A DNA stretch of 64,000 nt from Clostridiales bacterium. GTDB taxonomy: Bacteria > Bacillota > Clostridia > Christensenellales > CAG-314. The translations under genes and the position numbers were made by a program. Below the pieces are notes generated by a model that was not told the origin of the DNA, searched no databases, and saw nothing but the letters and a program-made list of their open reading frames with translations. Where the stretch lies: contig JAFLVJ010000002.1 of NCBI GenBank assembly GCA_022508375.1, positions 104,323 through 168,322 on the forward strand, read 5' to 3'. Shown here one piece after another: positions 1 to 8,901 of the stretch (position 1 is its first letter; every line of letters starts with the position of its first letter).

Positions 1-399
1 ATCATTCGTCAGGCAGTGTTGGAAATAGACAACGTAGGACACGGCAAAAACGGCACGTGGAACGGATTGATGATACTTCCCGTCATGTCGGTAGGTCTGA
101 GCTTCCTGTCCATGTTTATTTCGCAACGCATGGAACGCAAAAACCGCAAGGGTGAGGTTGTACAGCAAAACGCGCAACAGGCTACAACCAACAAGATGAT
201 GATGTTTATGATGCCTTTGATGATGGCATTTTTCGGATTTATGTACACGGGCGCATTTGCCATATACATGGTGGTAAACTACTCGCTGTCCATACTGTCC
301 ACCATTGCTTTGCGCAGACCTGTGGAAAAGATTGTAAATCGCAACCTTAACAAAGCCGAGCATAAAAATAAGTCTGATAAGGCAAGTTACATGAGATAG
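1..399 (+). CDS. yidC: Membrane protein insertase YidC/Oxa1 family, C-terminal part (5' end lies outside the window)
   Basis: Frame 1 is open from base 1 to the stop at 397-399. It shows YidC-type C-terminal TM helices (MMMFMMPLMMAFFGFMYTGAFAIYMVVNYSLSIL) and a basic tail, and jag follows as in the conserved yidC-jag pair. Confidence 0.85.
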   Translation: MIRQAVLEIDNVGHGKNGTWNGLMILPVMSVGLSFLSMFISQRMERKNRKGEVVQQNAQQATTNKMMMFMMPLMMAFFGFMYTGAFAIYMVVNYSLSILSTIALRRPVEKIVNRNLNKAEHKNKSDKASYMR

Positions 400-460
400 T
401 TTGAAAGCACATCGCGACTGCACTTTCAAATATGCTTCGCGATAAGGAGATCGTATAGAT

Positions 461-1075
461 ATGAGAAAAAAGAAAAACGAAACCGCTGTAGGACAGTTGG
501 TTACCGAACCGACTGAACAAGCGGTAGTAACAAATGCGGACGAATCAACCGAACCGCAAAAAATACAGGAATTTTTACAAACGGTACTAAACAAAATGGG
601 ACTCAGCTGTGCTGTAGAATCGTCAGCAAGTGATGACGCCGTAGTTTTGGTTATATCGGGCGATGACGCGTCCGTAGCTATCGGTTACCGTGGCGAAACG
701 TTGGATGCATTGCAATATCTTTGCAGCTTGCAGTTAAACAGTAAAAACAGCAATTTCAAGCGCGTAACGTTGGATGCGGAAGGCTACAGAGAAAAACGCG
801 AAAAGACCTTGCAACGCTTGGCAACAAACCTAGAACAGAAGGTAAAGCGCACGGGTCGCGAAGCAAAGCTCGAACCAATGAACCCGTACGAAAGACGTGT
901 TATTCACACCACTTTGCAAAACAGTAAATACGTCACCACTCAAAGCGAAGGACAGGGTTCCGGCCGTCACGTTGTAATCAGTCCGATACAGCAAAACGAC
1001 ATTTTGAACAGCCCCAACGCTCCGCGTAAAACGCTCAACTTCGTATATCGTAGCGAAAAGAAACGCAGAAGATAA
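461..1075 (+). CDS. jag: Jag/KhpB RNA-binding protein (Jag_N, KH and R3H domains)
   Basis: R3H motif region 'LEPMNPYERRVIHTTLQNSKYVTTQSEGQGSGRHVVISP'. AAGGAG RBS about 12 nt upstream of the ATG. Position directly after yidC. Confidence 0.9.
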   Translation: MRKKKNETAVGQLVTEPTEQAVVTNADESTEPQKIQEFLQTVLNKMGLSCAVESSASDDAVVLVISGDDASVAIGYRGETLDALQYLCSLQLNSKNSNFKRVTLDAEGYREKREKTLQRLATNLEQKVKRTGREAKLEPMNPYERRVIHTTLQNSKYVTTQSEGQGSGRHVVISPIQQNDILNSPNAPRKTLNFVYRSEKKRRR

Positions 1076-1103
1076 ATTGTTAATACGTTGCAAATAAATA
1101 CAG

Positions 1104-1140
1104 CAAAAAACCCTCGCGTCAAGCAAGGGTTTTTATTTTT
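1104..1140. terminator. Bidirectional rho-independent terminator between convergent jag and ftsH
   Basis: Hairpin aaaaaaccct(1105-1114)/agggttttt(1126-1134) with an A-run on the left and a T-run on the right. Confidence 0.7.
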
Positions 1141-1156
1141 GTGTAAAATTGAAGTT

Positions 1157-3130
1157 TTATTCGCCGTCTTTTTTATCGTCCTTTTTCTCTGTTTCGGCGT
1201 CGGACTCTTGTTTAGCAGGAGTTTCTTCGATTGGCTCAACTGTTGTTTTCGAAGTAGAGTTGGATTCGTTTTCACGCGCTTCCATGTACGCAACAACATC
1301 TTCGACCGATTTACCGTTCATGAGCATATCTACTTCTTCGGTGTGGATTGTTTCCTTTTCCACAAGTACTCTTGCCATGTTGTGTAACACGTCGAGCTTG
1401 CTTGTGAGAATTTCCGTTGCACGTTTGTGACAGCTTTCTACAATTTCGCGAATTTCTTCGTCGATGATGTTTGCAATTTCGTCGGAATAGCTCTTTTCCG
1501 TTTGGTAGTTTTTACCTACGAAAACTTCCCCTTCACTGCCGTAGAACAGGGGACCTATGCGCTCACTCATACCCCATTCGGTAACCATGCTGTGTGCAAT
1601 GTTGGTCAACTGTTTGATATCGCCGCTTGCGCCACTGCTGATGTTTTTGATTATCAATTCTTCAGCAACGCGTCCGCCTAGCGTCATGGTGATTTCGTCC
1701 AACAACTGCTGTTTTGTTACGTGGTTATTGTCGTTTTCGGGACGGGTCATGGTATAGCCTGCCGCCATACCGCGTGGAATTATTGTAACTTCGTGTACGG
1801 GATCGCAGTATTTCAAGCTGCAAGCCAGTATTGCGTGTCCGGATTCGTGGTAAGCAGTTATGCGCTTGTCCGGTTCTGTAACAAGGCGGGATTTCTTTTG
1901 CGGTCCCATGATGACCTTGTTGATACCTTCGTTGACGTCCGCCATGGTGATGACTTTACGTCCTTCACGTACTGCCAGTATTGCCGCTTCGTTTAATAGA
2001 TTTTCCAAGTCCGCTCCCGTAAAGCCTGCCGTGATGCGGGCAACCGTGCGGAAGTTTACGTCGGGACCAATGGGCTTTTTGCGAGCGTGAACCTTAAGTA
2101 TTGCTTCACGTCCGCGAACGTCGGGACGGTTAACATATATTTGTCTGTCGAAACGACCTGGACGGAGCAACGCGGGATCCAATATATCCGCGCGGTTGGT
2201 CGCCGCCATTACGATAATGTTTGTGCTGGTTTCAAAGCCGTCCATTTCGACGAGCAATTGGTTCAACGTCTGTTCTCTTTCGTCATGTCCGCCACCGAGA
2301 CCTGCTCCGCGTTGACGGCCTACAGCGTCAATTTCGTCGATGAAGATGATACAGGGCATGTTGCGTTTTGCCTGATCGAACAAATCTCTGACTCTGCTTG
2401 CGCCTACGCCGACAAACATTTCTACGAAGTCGGAACCGCTCATGGAGAAGAATGGAACACCCGCTTCCCCTGCGACAGCTTTTGCAAATAACGTTTTACC
2501 TGTTCCCGGAGGACCTACAAGCAACACGCCCTTGGGTATGCGCGCGCCCATTTCGTTAAATTTGCGCGGATCCTTCAAGAAATCGATAATTTCCTGTAAT
2601 TCTTCCTTTTCTTCTTCGGCGCCTGCAACGTCGGTAAAACGTACCTTTATGTTTTGTACCACGCGCGCCTTTGTGCGTCCGAAGTCAATGTTTTGATTGT
2701 TTTGACGTGCTATTTGACGGAACATGATTATGCCCATCAATATGATGAGTCCAATCCACAGCACGGGAACAATGTAGTCCGTCCAGCTTGTGGCGTTGGG
2801 GTCGGCAACGTAATAGTTGTTACCTTTTGCCAGTTCCGAATCGGGGTTGGCAGTTAGATACTCCTGAACGGCGATGTCAAACAAATCTCTGCTGACAATC
2901 GTGCAGGTATCGGTTACTTTCTTACCGTTCTCGTCCAATCTGACGCCCACAACCTTATATATGTTGAGGGATACTTCAATGTATTTACCCTCGGTCAAGT
3001 TCTGTCTGAACTGTGTTTCGTTGATCTCGTTGGCATTGTTGCCTATTACTGTCCATAGCACGACAAACAGAACAACTGCAACTGCAAGAGCAATCAACGA
3101 AAAAATGATTCTTCTGCGTTTTTGATCCAA
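1157..3130 (-). CDS. ftsH: ATP-dependent zinc metalloprotease FtsH
   Basis: Walker A 'GPPGTGKT', AAA second region of homology, zinc motif 'HESGHA', and an N-terminal TM. I place the start at TTG 3130-3128 because AAGGAG (3142-3137) lies 6 nt upstream. The longer ORF reaching 3220 has no RBS. Confidence 0.93.
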   Translation of the reverse strand: MDQKRRRIIFSLIALAVAVVLFVVLWTVIGNNANEINETQFRQNLTEGKYIEVSLNIYKVVGVRLDENGKKVTDTCTIVSRDLFDIAVQEYLTANPDSELAKGNNYYVADPNATSWTDYIVPVLWIGLIILMGIIMFRQIARQNNQNIDFGRTKARVVQNIKVRFTDVAGAEEEKEELQEIIDFLKDPRKFNEMGARIPKGVLLVGPPGTGKTLFAKAVAGEAGVPFFSMSGSDFVEMFVGVGASRVRDLFDQAKRNMPCIIFIDEIDAVGRQRGAGLGGGHDEREQTLNQLLVEMDGFETSTNIIVMAATNRADILDPALLRPGRFDRQIYVNRPDVRGREAILKVHARKKPIGPDVNFRTVARITAGFTGADLENLLNEAAILAVREGRKVITMADVNEGINKVIMGPQKKSRLVTEPDKRITAYHESGHAILACSLKYCDPVHEVTIIPRGMAAGYTMTRPENDNNHVTKQQLLDEITMTLGGRVAEELIIKNISSGASGDIKQLTNIAHSMVTEWGMSERIGPLFYGSEGEVFVGKNYQTEKSYSDEIANIIDEEIREIVESCHKRATEILTSKLDVLHNMARVLVEKETIHTEEVDMLMNGKSVEDVVAYMEARENESNSTSKTTVEPIEETPAKQESDAETEKKDDKKDGE

Positions 3131-3424
3131 AATAATCTCCTTTAGTCGTAGCCACGCTACGCAAGTTTTTGTGAGTATTGCTACTAAGACGTAAATTTTT
3201 ACAAATACATTATACCACAATATGTGAACACTGTCAACGAGCCACTTGTGACTTGAATATGCAGTCGGAGCGGGTAGAAAGTCACTTGCATATCAGTCCA
3301 TTTTGAAATGTTTTTCTACTAAATGACTGCTCGAAAAGACATCTTACCACATAAGTTGCCGTATATATATTATTATATATACAATTATACAATGTATCCT
3401 TAATAGCACCTAAAAAACTATAAT

Positions 3425-3946
3425 TCAGGAAACGTATTTGGTCGCTTCGAAGATGGAGTCCACAATAAACTGCGCAATTTGCCCAACCAGCTTGTCTTTA
3501 GAGCTGTTTAGGGTGTAGAAGTCAACCATGCTCTTATCCGCCACTATTCCCACTATGCTTATATCACCCACCGAGGGAAGATTTTTGTTTGTGGCTGCGC
3601 CGGGCGTAATACCGCCGTCGCTTATTTGGATCTTGCCGATTTGTTCGGGAGAGCCTACTGCGGCGTCAATAACCACGATTTTACTTTCGGGGTGCATTGA
3701 TTTGATGAAGTTGTAGCAGTAAAGCAAATTTTCCGCCGTTATGTTTTGTTCGCTCATTCCGTAAACAAATGCGGGTGATACCATGTTCGCGTTGAGCAAA
3801 GTACCTACTCGCGGTCCAAGGCTATCGGAAAATACTTTTTCCGTGCCAATGCACATAAATACGGATTGGCAGTCCAGCGCTTTACTTTTGAGCGCGTCTG
3901 CCAAGCGTTGCTTATCCTGCAAATTGTAACTACTGAATTCTAACAT
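3425..3946 (-). CDS. yyaC: Sporulation protein YyaC (GPR-like endopeptidase family)
   Basis: 'CIGTEKVFSDSLGPRVG' and 'VVIDAAVG...GGITPGAA...LPSVGDISIVGIV' match my recollection of B. subtilis YyaC (CIGTDRSTGDSLGPLVG ... ). AAGGAG RBS present. An origin-region neighbour of parB, as in Bacillus. Confidence 0.75.
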   Translation of the reverse strand: MLEFSSYNLQDKQRLADALKSKALDCQSVFMCIGTEKVFSDSLGPRVGTLLNANMVSPAFVYGMSEQNITAENLLYCYNFIKSMHPESKIVVIDAAVGSPEQIGKIQISDGGITPGAATNKNLPSVGDISIVGIVADKSMVDFYTLNSSKDKLVGQIAQFIVDSIFEATKYVS

Positions 3947-4343
3947 TGATATTCTCCTTTTTTCATATGGCTATTGTTTTATAAAGTTTTGCCAACAAGC
4001 ACCGGTTTTATTAAATTTTAATTTTATAGTTTTCGCCGATTTTGTTTAACGCTGTCGAAAACCGTGAAAACACTGTAAGTACGCATTTAGAGCAACCGTG
4101 CAATTAGTGTTTTCAATATTTATAAGGTACTACAGGTGCTAGTTAATAATGGCAAATATCCCGTAATCATATACGTAATCAAAAATTTCAAAAGAAAAAT
4201 AGAAAAATTTACAATAAACAAGCAAATTTTAGAAAATACTTTATTTTTGATTTAATATATGATATTATATAATACATAAAAGTGTCGTTTATCGTTTTAG
4301 ATAACGTTCAATAATGAACATTGTTCATTTTTAAGGAGGAGTT

Positions 4344-5081
4344 ATGGTTGGCGTATTAATTAACATAGGCATAAGCCTAATTATAGTTATTGCCGCTATC
4401 GTCGGCTTAGCTACTGGCTTTTGCAGACAGTTTTCCAAGCCGCTGGTTGGCATAATTGCTATAATAAGCGCAGTCATCTTGACAATGATACTGTATCCGC
4501 TGATATTTAGCACAGGTATCTTTGACGGCTTTGTAGCTAAAGCCTGTGGTTGGTTTAAACCGGAGTTCTACCAACGACCTGTAACCGACGTCGAGAGCTT
4601 CCAAGCTGCAATATCCGACAACTACCTACGTGTTCTGTCCGGAGCGTCAGGATGGGTATTCTCTCAAATGTCCCGTGTGCTTACGGGCAGCGAGTTAGAT
4701 TGGACAATAGGTAACTTCTTTGGTAGAGCCATCGTTAACATAATCCTCGAGTTCGCACTATGGTTGATTTTCTACCTCATCATCAAATACTTCCTGTACG
4801 GCGTAAAATACTTGATTGGCAAGATCACGAAAGTTGTAGTATTTAAGACAATTGACAGAATATTCGGTTTTGTTTGGTCCATGCTCTGCACATATGTAAT
4901 CGTTGTGGGAATTGTTCTTACAGCTAGCGAAATGATAGTAATGCAATTCATGCCCAATTTCGAAGCTACTGTTGCAGGTTGGATAAACGGTTCTGTTCTA
5001 CTTAGATTCTTCCACGATACGAACGTGCTTGGATCGTTTATAGCGAACGTAATGTCTGTTCCACTGATTACTATTGCGTAA
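4344..5081 (+). CDS. Multi-pass membrane protein, CvpA-family-like
   Basis: 245 aa with 4-5 predicted TM helices and a CvpA-like N-terminus (LIIVIAAIVGLATGFCRQFSKPLVGIIAIISAVIL). AAGGAGG RBS at 4333-4339. Confidence 0.55.
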   Translation: MVGVLINIGISLIIVIAAIVGLATGFCRQFSKPLVGIIAIISAVILTMILYPLIFSTGIFDGFVAKACGWFKPEFYQRPVTDVESFQAAISDNYLRVLSGASGWVFSQMSRVLTGSELDWTIGNFFGRAIVNIILEFALWLIFYLIIKYFLYGVKYLIGKITKVVVFKTIDRIFGFVWSMLCTYVIVVGIVLTASEMIVMQFMPNFEATVAGWINGSVLLRFFHDTNVLGSFIANVMSVPLITIA

Positions 5082-5135
5082 TAGCCATCGATTATTAAAG
5101 CCGGCAATCAAACATTTAAATATTATTTAGATATT

Positions 5136-5166
5136 AAATACCCTGCGATAACGCAGGGTATTTTTC
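5136..5166 (+). terminator. Rho-independent terminator after the CvpA-like gene
   Basis: Stem taccctgcg(5139-5147)/cgcagggta(5152-5160), loop ATAA, then TTTTT. Confidence 0.8.
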
Positions 5167-5268
5167 TTGTATATTCCACTGAATAGCATTAAATTACCTC
5201 GTAAATTGTCCCAAAAAGGCATGCACCACACCATTTTTGCTCAAATATTGAACTTTTTACACCCAAAA

Positions 5269-5284
5269 TGTTTCATGTGAAACA
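5269..5284. promoter_or_regulatory. parS: parS site 1 (ParB/Spo0J binding site), one central mismatch
   Basis: TGTTTCATGTGAAACA versus consensus TGTTNCACGTGAAACA (15/16). Confidence 0.7.
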
Positions 5285-5366
5285 ATACTCATTCTTTGTT
5301 TATTGCCATATATACGGTGTAATTTGTTAATACAACTGATATTATTTTGGAATAGTATAAGTTCTT

Positions 5367-5382
5367 TGTTTCACGTGAAACA
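5367..5382. promoter_or_regulatory. parS: parS site 2, perfect 16-bp palindrome
   Basis: TGTTTCACGTGAAACA. Confidence 0.9.
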
Positions 5383-5548
5383 ATATGTCTCGATAACAAT
5401 ACAGTTCAGATAATCAATATTGATGTTAAAAGCAAATATACAGATACTTTTCCATGTTGGTATTAGAAATAGCTCATTTGACAGATTATATCAAAAATGG
5501 CTAGTTAATTAAATACTGCTTTATTGGCAGCGTCAAATATCTATTATT

Positions 5549-5564
5549 TGTTTCACGTGGAACA
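5549..5564. promoter_or_regulatory. parS: parS site 3, exact match to the B. subtilis-type consensus (reverse complement)
   Basis: TGTTTCACGTGGAACA is the reverse complement of TGTTCCACGTGAAACA. Confidence 0.9.
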
Positions 5565-6218
5565 ATTTTTATCAAAATGTGGACTATTTTACTAAATAAT
5601 TAAGTAGCGCATGCGATTTTTGCATAAAAAATAATAATTTAAGGAATAAAAATCAATTAACATACTATAAAAAGACTATTTTGTACTGTATTTAAAGCGG
5701 TATTTCTAAGTAACATAGTTGTGTATCACAATATTTTAACTGTGTATCTAAATAATATACTGCGTATTTTATATCTATATTTAAGTGTTTTTTAGCATCT
5801 TCCAACTAATCCGTACAAAAAAATGTCCGTATAGTGGTCAATCAACCAAAATATTTCCATATTTTATGCCTAAAAGCCACTAAAAACACATTAGTTCGGT
5901 GTGGTTGCCGAGCATCTTATCGAAACAGCCAATCCATTACCCAGTATTCAGTTGTAATTTTTTTTCAATTTCAATTGTTCTTGGAATATATTTTTATATA
6001 ATTGCCTCGATTTTTTTTAAAAAATTGTAGCTTTTTTGTCTTCATTTAAAAATGAACAATTTATGTGAATTTGTTGCCAATAAAGCTCAGAATGGACCTA
6101 AAAAGGGTCGAAAATTTTTGGAAAATAATTAAATTTTTCTGTTAGAATGGCTATTTTAACCAGCTTTTATAACATAATTATTCGCGATTTTGTGTGATTT
6201 TTCAAGCAAAAAAACAAT

Positions 6219-6234
6219 TGTTTCATATGAAACA
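6219..6234. promoter_or_regulatory. parS: parS site 4, palindromic variant with a central TA
   Basis: TGTTTCATATGAAACA (14/16). Both changes fall in the central CG pair and keep the dyad symmetry. Confidence 0.6.
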
Positions 6235-6843
6235 TTGCCATTTGTAACATCAGGTTTTTCACAAAAACATGGTTCGAAATCTAGTTATAGTATCCGAATG
6301 TTTTGTTTACGAAAAAAATTTGAACGTACAAATATATGTAATCGCACACTTTGCACAAATAAATGTGGTACTTTTCCATTTCTTAGCTTTAAATAAGCCA
6401 TGCCATAGCATTTAATTGTGTATAATTGTAAGCTTTTTGAGTATGATTGAGTAAATACCAAGCGTTGCATATCATAAATTAGTATTTAATATCATTTTTA
6501 GATTGAAGTAGTGTACAATTGATGCACGTATGGTACAGAATATAATTATTCATATATAATATATCGTTTCTATTATTCGGCACTGTAAATCTCTTTCTTT
6601 TAGGTTTAGATGTGTTATGATAGTATTTTTTTACAATATCTTGCTATACCCAGATATCGTACAATTTTTGATTAAATCCCCAATCATCTATTCGCACTCA
6701 TATATACATATTTTAACTACAATTCTTTGCGCCGTATATGTAATTTCATTAAAATATTAGCGCTATATTCTAAATATATAATTTAAATGAATGGCGCGAA
6801 GTAAAAATGAACATATATATAATGCATTTCGCTTAAATTAAAT

Positions 6844-6875
6844 GTAAAAAATAAGCTTGCATAACGCAAGCTTGA
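6844..6875 (-). terminator. Rho-independent terminator of the parAB operon
   Basis: Stem aagcttgc(6853-6860)/gcaagctt(6866-6873). On the minus strand it is followed by a T-run (complement of 6845-6852). Confidence 0.75.
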
Positions 6876-6900
6876 TTTAAAAGTATAAATTATTTTTGAC

Positions 6901-7830
6901 CTATTCGTCGTCGTTTTTCAAAAACTTTTCGCTCATCCAACCTTCGACAAGAGAGCATATGCGGTCAAGATCGTCAGATGTAAAGTAGTCTATATAAATA
7001 CGTCCTTTTCTGCCGTTTCCGATTGCCGATACTTTTGTTGCAAAAGCGCGTTGCATATTGGAAATAAGGCTTACAAGTTCCTTGCTATCCGCAACGGAGG
7101 ATTTTTCTTTCTCAGGTTTGGGATTGAGGAACTCGCGTACCATTTTTTCCATTTCTCTGACGGTCAGCTGATTGTCGCAGCCTTTTAATGCCAGTTTGTA
7201 TTGGTGTTCACTGGGGACAACAACTAATGTTCTTGCGTGACCTGCAGATAAACGTCCTTTTTCAATAAGTGCGATAACGTCGTCGTTAAGGGTTAACAAA
7301 CGCAAAGTATTGGCAATTGCCGAGCGGCTTTTGCCGATACGATCGGCGGCAACCTCTTGCGTCATGTTAAATTCCGTCATTAAGGTTTTGATTGCGCGTG
7401 CAGCTTCGATAGGGGACAGATCCTCACGCTGCAAATTTTCAATCAGGCTGATTTCCTTAATTTGTTGCGGAGTATAGTTGCGTACGATTGCAGGAATTTC
7501 CGTTTTTCCGGCAAGTTTGCTTGCGCGAAAACGTCTTTCACCGGCAATAATCATGAAACGCTTACCAATAGGAGTAACAACAATAGGTTGAATTACTCCG
7601 TGTACGCGAATACTGTCAGCCAATTCCTTTAATGCGTCTTCATCGAAATTTTTGCGTGGCTGTTCGTAGTTAGGATCAATGTCCAACAGCGAAATAAGCA
7701 TAACGTTGTCGCTTTCTTCACGTGACACCGAAACTTCACTCGATTGTTTGGGCTGTGGTGTAGCAATGTTGTCTATATCGTTTAGCCCCATCAAGGAGGA
7801 CAATCCTCTACCTAATCCTTTGTTTGCCAT
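6901..7830 (-). CDS. parB: Chromosome partitioning protein ParB/Spo0J
   Basis: N-terminal 'GLGRGLSSLMG', ParB box 'IIAGERRFRASKLAG', and an HTH region 'TQEEVAADRIGKSRSAIANTLRLL'. Confidence 0.95.
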   Translation of the reverse strand: MANKGLGRGLSSLMGLNDIDNIATPQPKQSSEVSVSREESDNVMLISLLDIDPNYEQPRKNFDEDALKELADSIRVHGVIQPIVVTPIGKRFMIIAGERRFRASKLAGKTEIPAIVRNYTPQQIKEISLIENLQREDLSPIEAARAIKTLMTEFNMTQEVAADRIGKSRSAIANTLRLLTLNDDVIALIEKGRLSAGHARTLVVVPSEHQYKLALKGCDNQLTVREMEKMVREFLNPKPEKEKSSVADSKELVSLISNMQRAFATKVSAIGNGRKGRIYIDYFTSDDLDRICSLVEGWMSEKFLKNDDE

Positions 7831-7833
7831 AAG

Positions 7834-8601
7834 TTAACGTTCCTCTCTTTCTATAAATTGTCTGGCCAGTGCCTGATATGCTAATGCTCCACTCGAATGA
7901 GGAGCATGAAGCACAACCGGCACCCCAAAGCTAGGCGACTCAACCAACTTGATATTGCGCGGAACAGGCGTAGTGTAAATTTTGTCGTTGAAGTACTTTT
8001 TGATTTCCGCGGTCACCTGCTTGGAAAGAGTAGTGCGCATGTCGCACATGGTAAGCACAACGCCGTTGATACTAATTTGCGGATTGAGTCTTTGTTTGAC
8101 GAGTTTGAACGTGTTTAACAGCTGTGCAACACCTTCCAATGCGAAAAACTCACTTTGAATGGGAATGATAACGCTGTCGCTTGCCACCAATGCGTTTAGG
8201 GTCAACAACCCAAGGCTGGGAGGGCAATCGATGAAAATATAATCGTAGTCATCTTTAATAGGCTCAAGAGCATGCTTTAGCACTCTTTCGCGTGAAGGAA
8301 CAGAAACAAGATCGACTTCAGCTCCGGCAAGATCACTGTTACTGGGCAATATCCAAAGGTTATCTATCATAGTGGGTAGGATAACTTCCTTGGCTTGATT
8401 GTCACCCATCAACACGTCGTAGCAGGTTTGTTCCAAATTATTTTTCTCCACGCCGAAGCCGCTCGTTGCGTTGCCTTGCGGATCGAAATCTACTATAAGT
8501 ACCTTTCTTTTCCACATTGCAACGTACGCCGCAAGGTTTATTACGGTGGTGGTTTTACCTACTCCACCTTTTTGATTTGAAAAAGCAATTATTTTTCCCA
8601 T
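7834..8601 (-). CDS. parA: Chromosome partitioning ATPase ParA/Soj
   Basis: Deviant Walker A 'NQKGGVGKTTT'. 255 aa. GGAG RBS. Lies 3 nt upstream of parB. Confidence 0.95.
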   Translation of the reverse strand: MGKIIAFSNQKGGVGKTTTVINLAAYVAMWKRKVLIVDFDPQGNATSGFGVEKNNLEQTCYDVLMGDNQAKEVILPTMIDNLWILPSNSDLAGAEVDLVSVPSRERVLKHALEPIKDDYDYIFIDCPPSLGLLTLNALVASDSVIIPIQSEFFALEGVAQLLNTFKLVKQRLNPQISINGVVLTMCDMRTTLSKQVTAEIKKYFNDKIYTTPVPRNIKLVESPSFGVPVVLHAPHSSGALAYQALARQFIEREER

Positions 8602-8670
8602 GGCTTTCTCCGTAGTAAATGTAATACGCAGTCATTATACCACAAAACGTAAACTATTTCAACAATTCAG

Positions 8671-8688
8671 TGAAACATTATGAAACAT
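8671..8688. promoter_or_regulatory. Tandem direct repeat of the parS half-site upstream of parA
   Basis: TGAAACAT-TA-TGAAACAT (8671-8678 and 8681-8688). The first copy is preceded by G, giving GTGAAACA, which is the right half of parS. It lies 70-87 bp upstream of the parA start. Confidence 0.4.
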
Positions 8689-8866
8689 CGTGTATTACGC
8701 ACGTAACGGTTTCGCTTCGCGCGTGCACTTATTAAGTGAGGGTAAAAATACGCTTTTGCGCGTGTATTCATTGCGGGTCAATTTGTAGCGTAATGCATTC
8801 ACCTTTGTGTTACCGTTATTCAAATTAACTTAGGTATGTAATTTAACGAAATTGTGGGGCTGGTTG

Positions 8867-8895
8867 TTGCGAGTATTTCTCGAATGTGGTAGAAT
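8867..8895 (+). promoter_or_regulatory. Sigma-A type promoter of mnmE; ATG at predicted +1 (leaderless)
   Basis: TTGCGA(8867-8872)-17 bp-TGG TAGAAT(8887-8895). The ATG at 8902 lies 6 nt after the -10, with no SD between them. Confidence 0.55.
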
Positions 8896-8901
8896 ACAGG
8901 T

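Noticed and set aside
401-437. Hairpin TTTGAAAGCA...TGCACTTTCAAA between yidC and jag, examined as a terminator.
   Set aside because: No U-tract follows, and yidC-jag are normally co-transcribed. It may be an RNA processing or stability element, but this is unsupported.
3243-3298. Imperfect direct repeats (CACTTGTGACTTGAATATGCAGTC / GTCACTTGCATATCAGTC) upstream of ftsH.
   Set aside because: The similarity is weak and gapped, with no symmetry or known motif. It could be an operator but is not distinguishable from chance by eye.
4313-4329. Inverted repeat AATGAACA-T-TGTTCATT just upstream of the CvpA-like RBS, examined as a LexA (Cheo) box.
   Set aside because: It reads GAAC-N3-GTTC, whereas the Firmicutes LexA box is GAAC-N4-GTTC. 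It may be some other operator or a coincidence in AT-rich DNA. There is not enough evidence to call it.
6190-6470. 68-aa and 61-aa ORFs inside the AT-rich tract.
   Set aside because: They have no RBS, they overlap each other on opposite strands, and their composition is that expected of random AT-rich DNA. One of them covers parS site 4.
5167-6843. Considered calling the AT-rich tract the chromosomal replication origin (oriC).
   Set aside because: No canonical DnaA boxes (TTATCCACA/TGTGGATAA) are present in the tract; there is only a weak TGTGGACTA at 5578-5586. dnaA is not in the window. The single perfect box-like 9-mer I saw (TGTGGATAA, 49858-49866) is inside a GH3 gene and is probably chance.
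7714-7729. parS-like sequence TTCTTCACGTGACACC inside parB, by analogy with the intragenic parS of B. subtilis spo0J.
   Set aside because: Only 12/16 positions match and both outer arms are disrupted. It is probably not functional.
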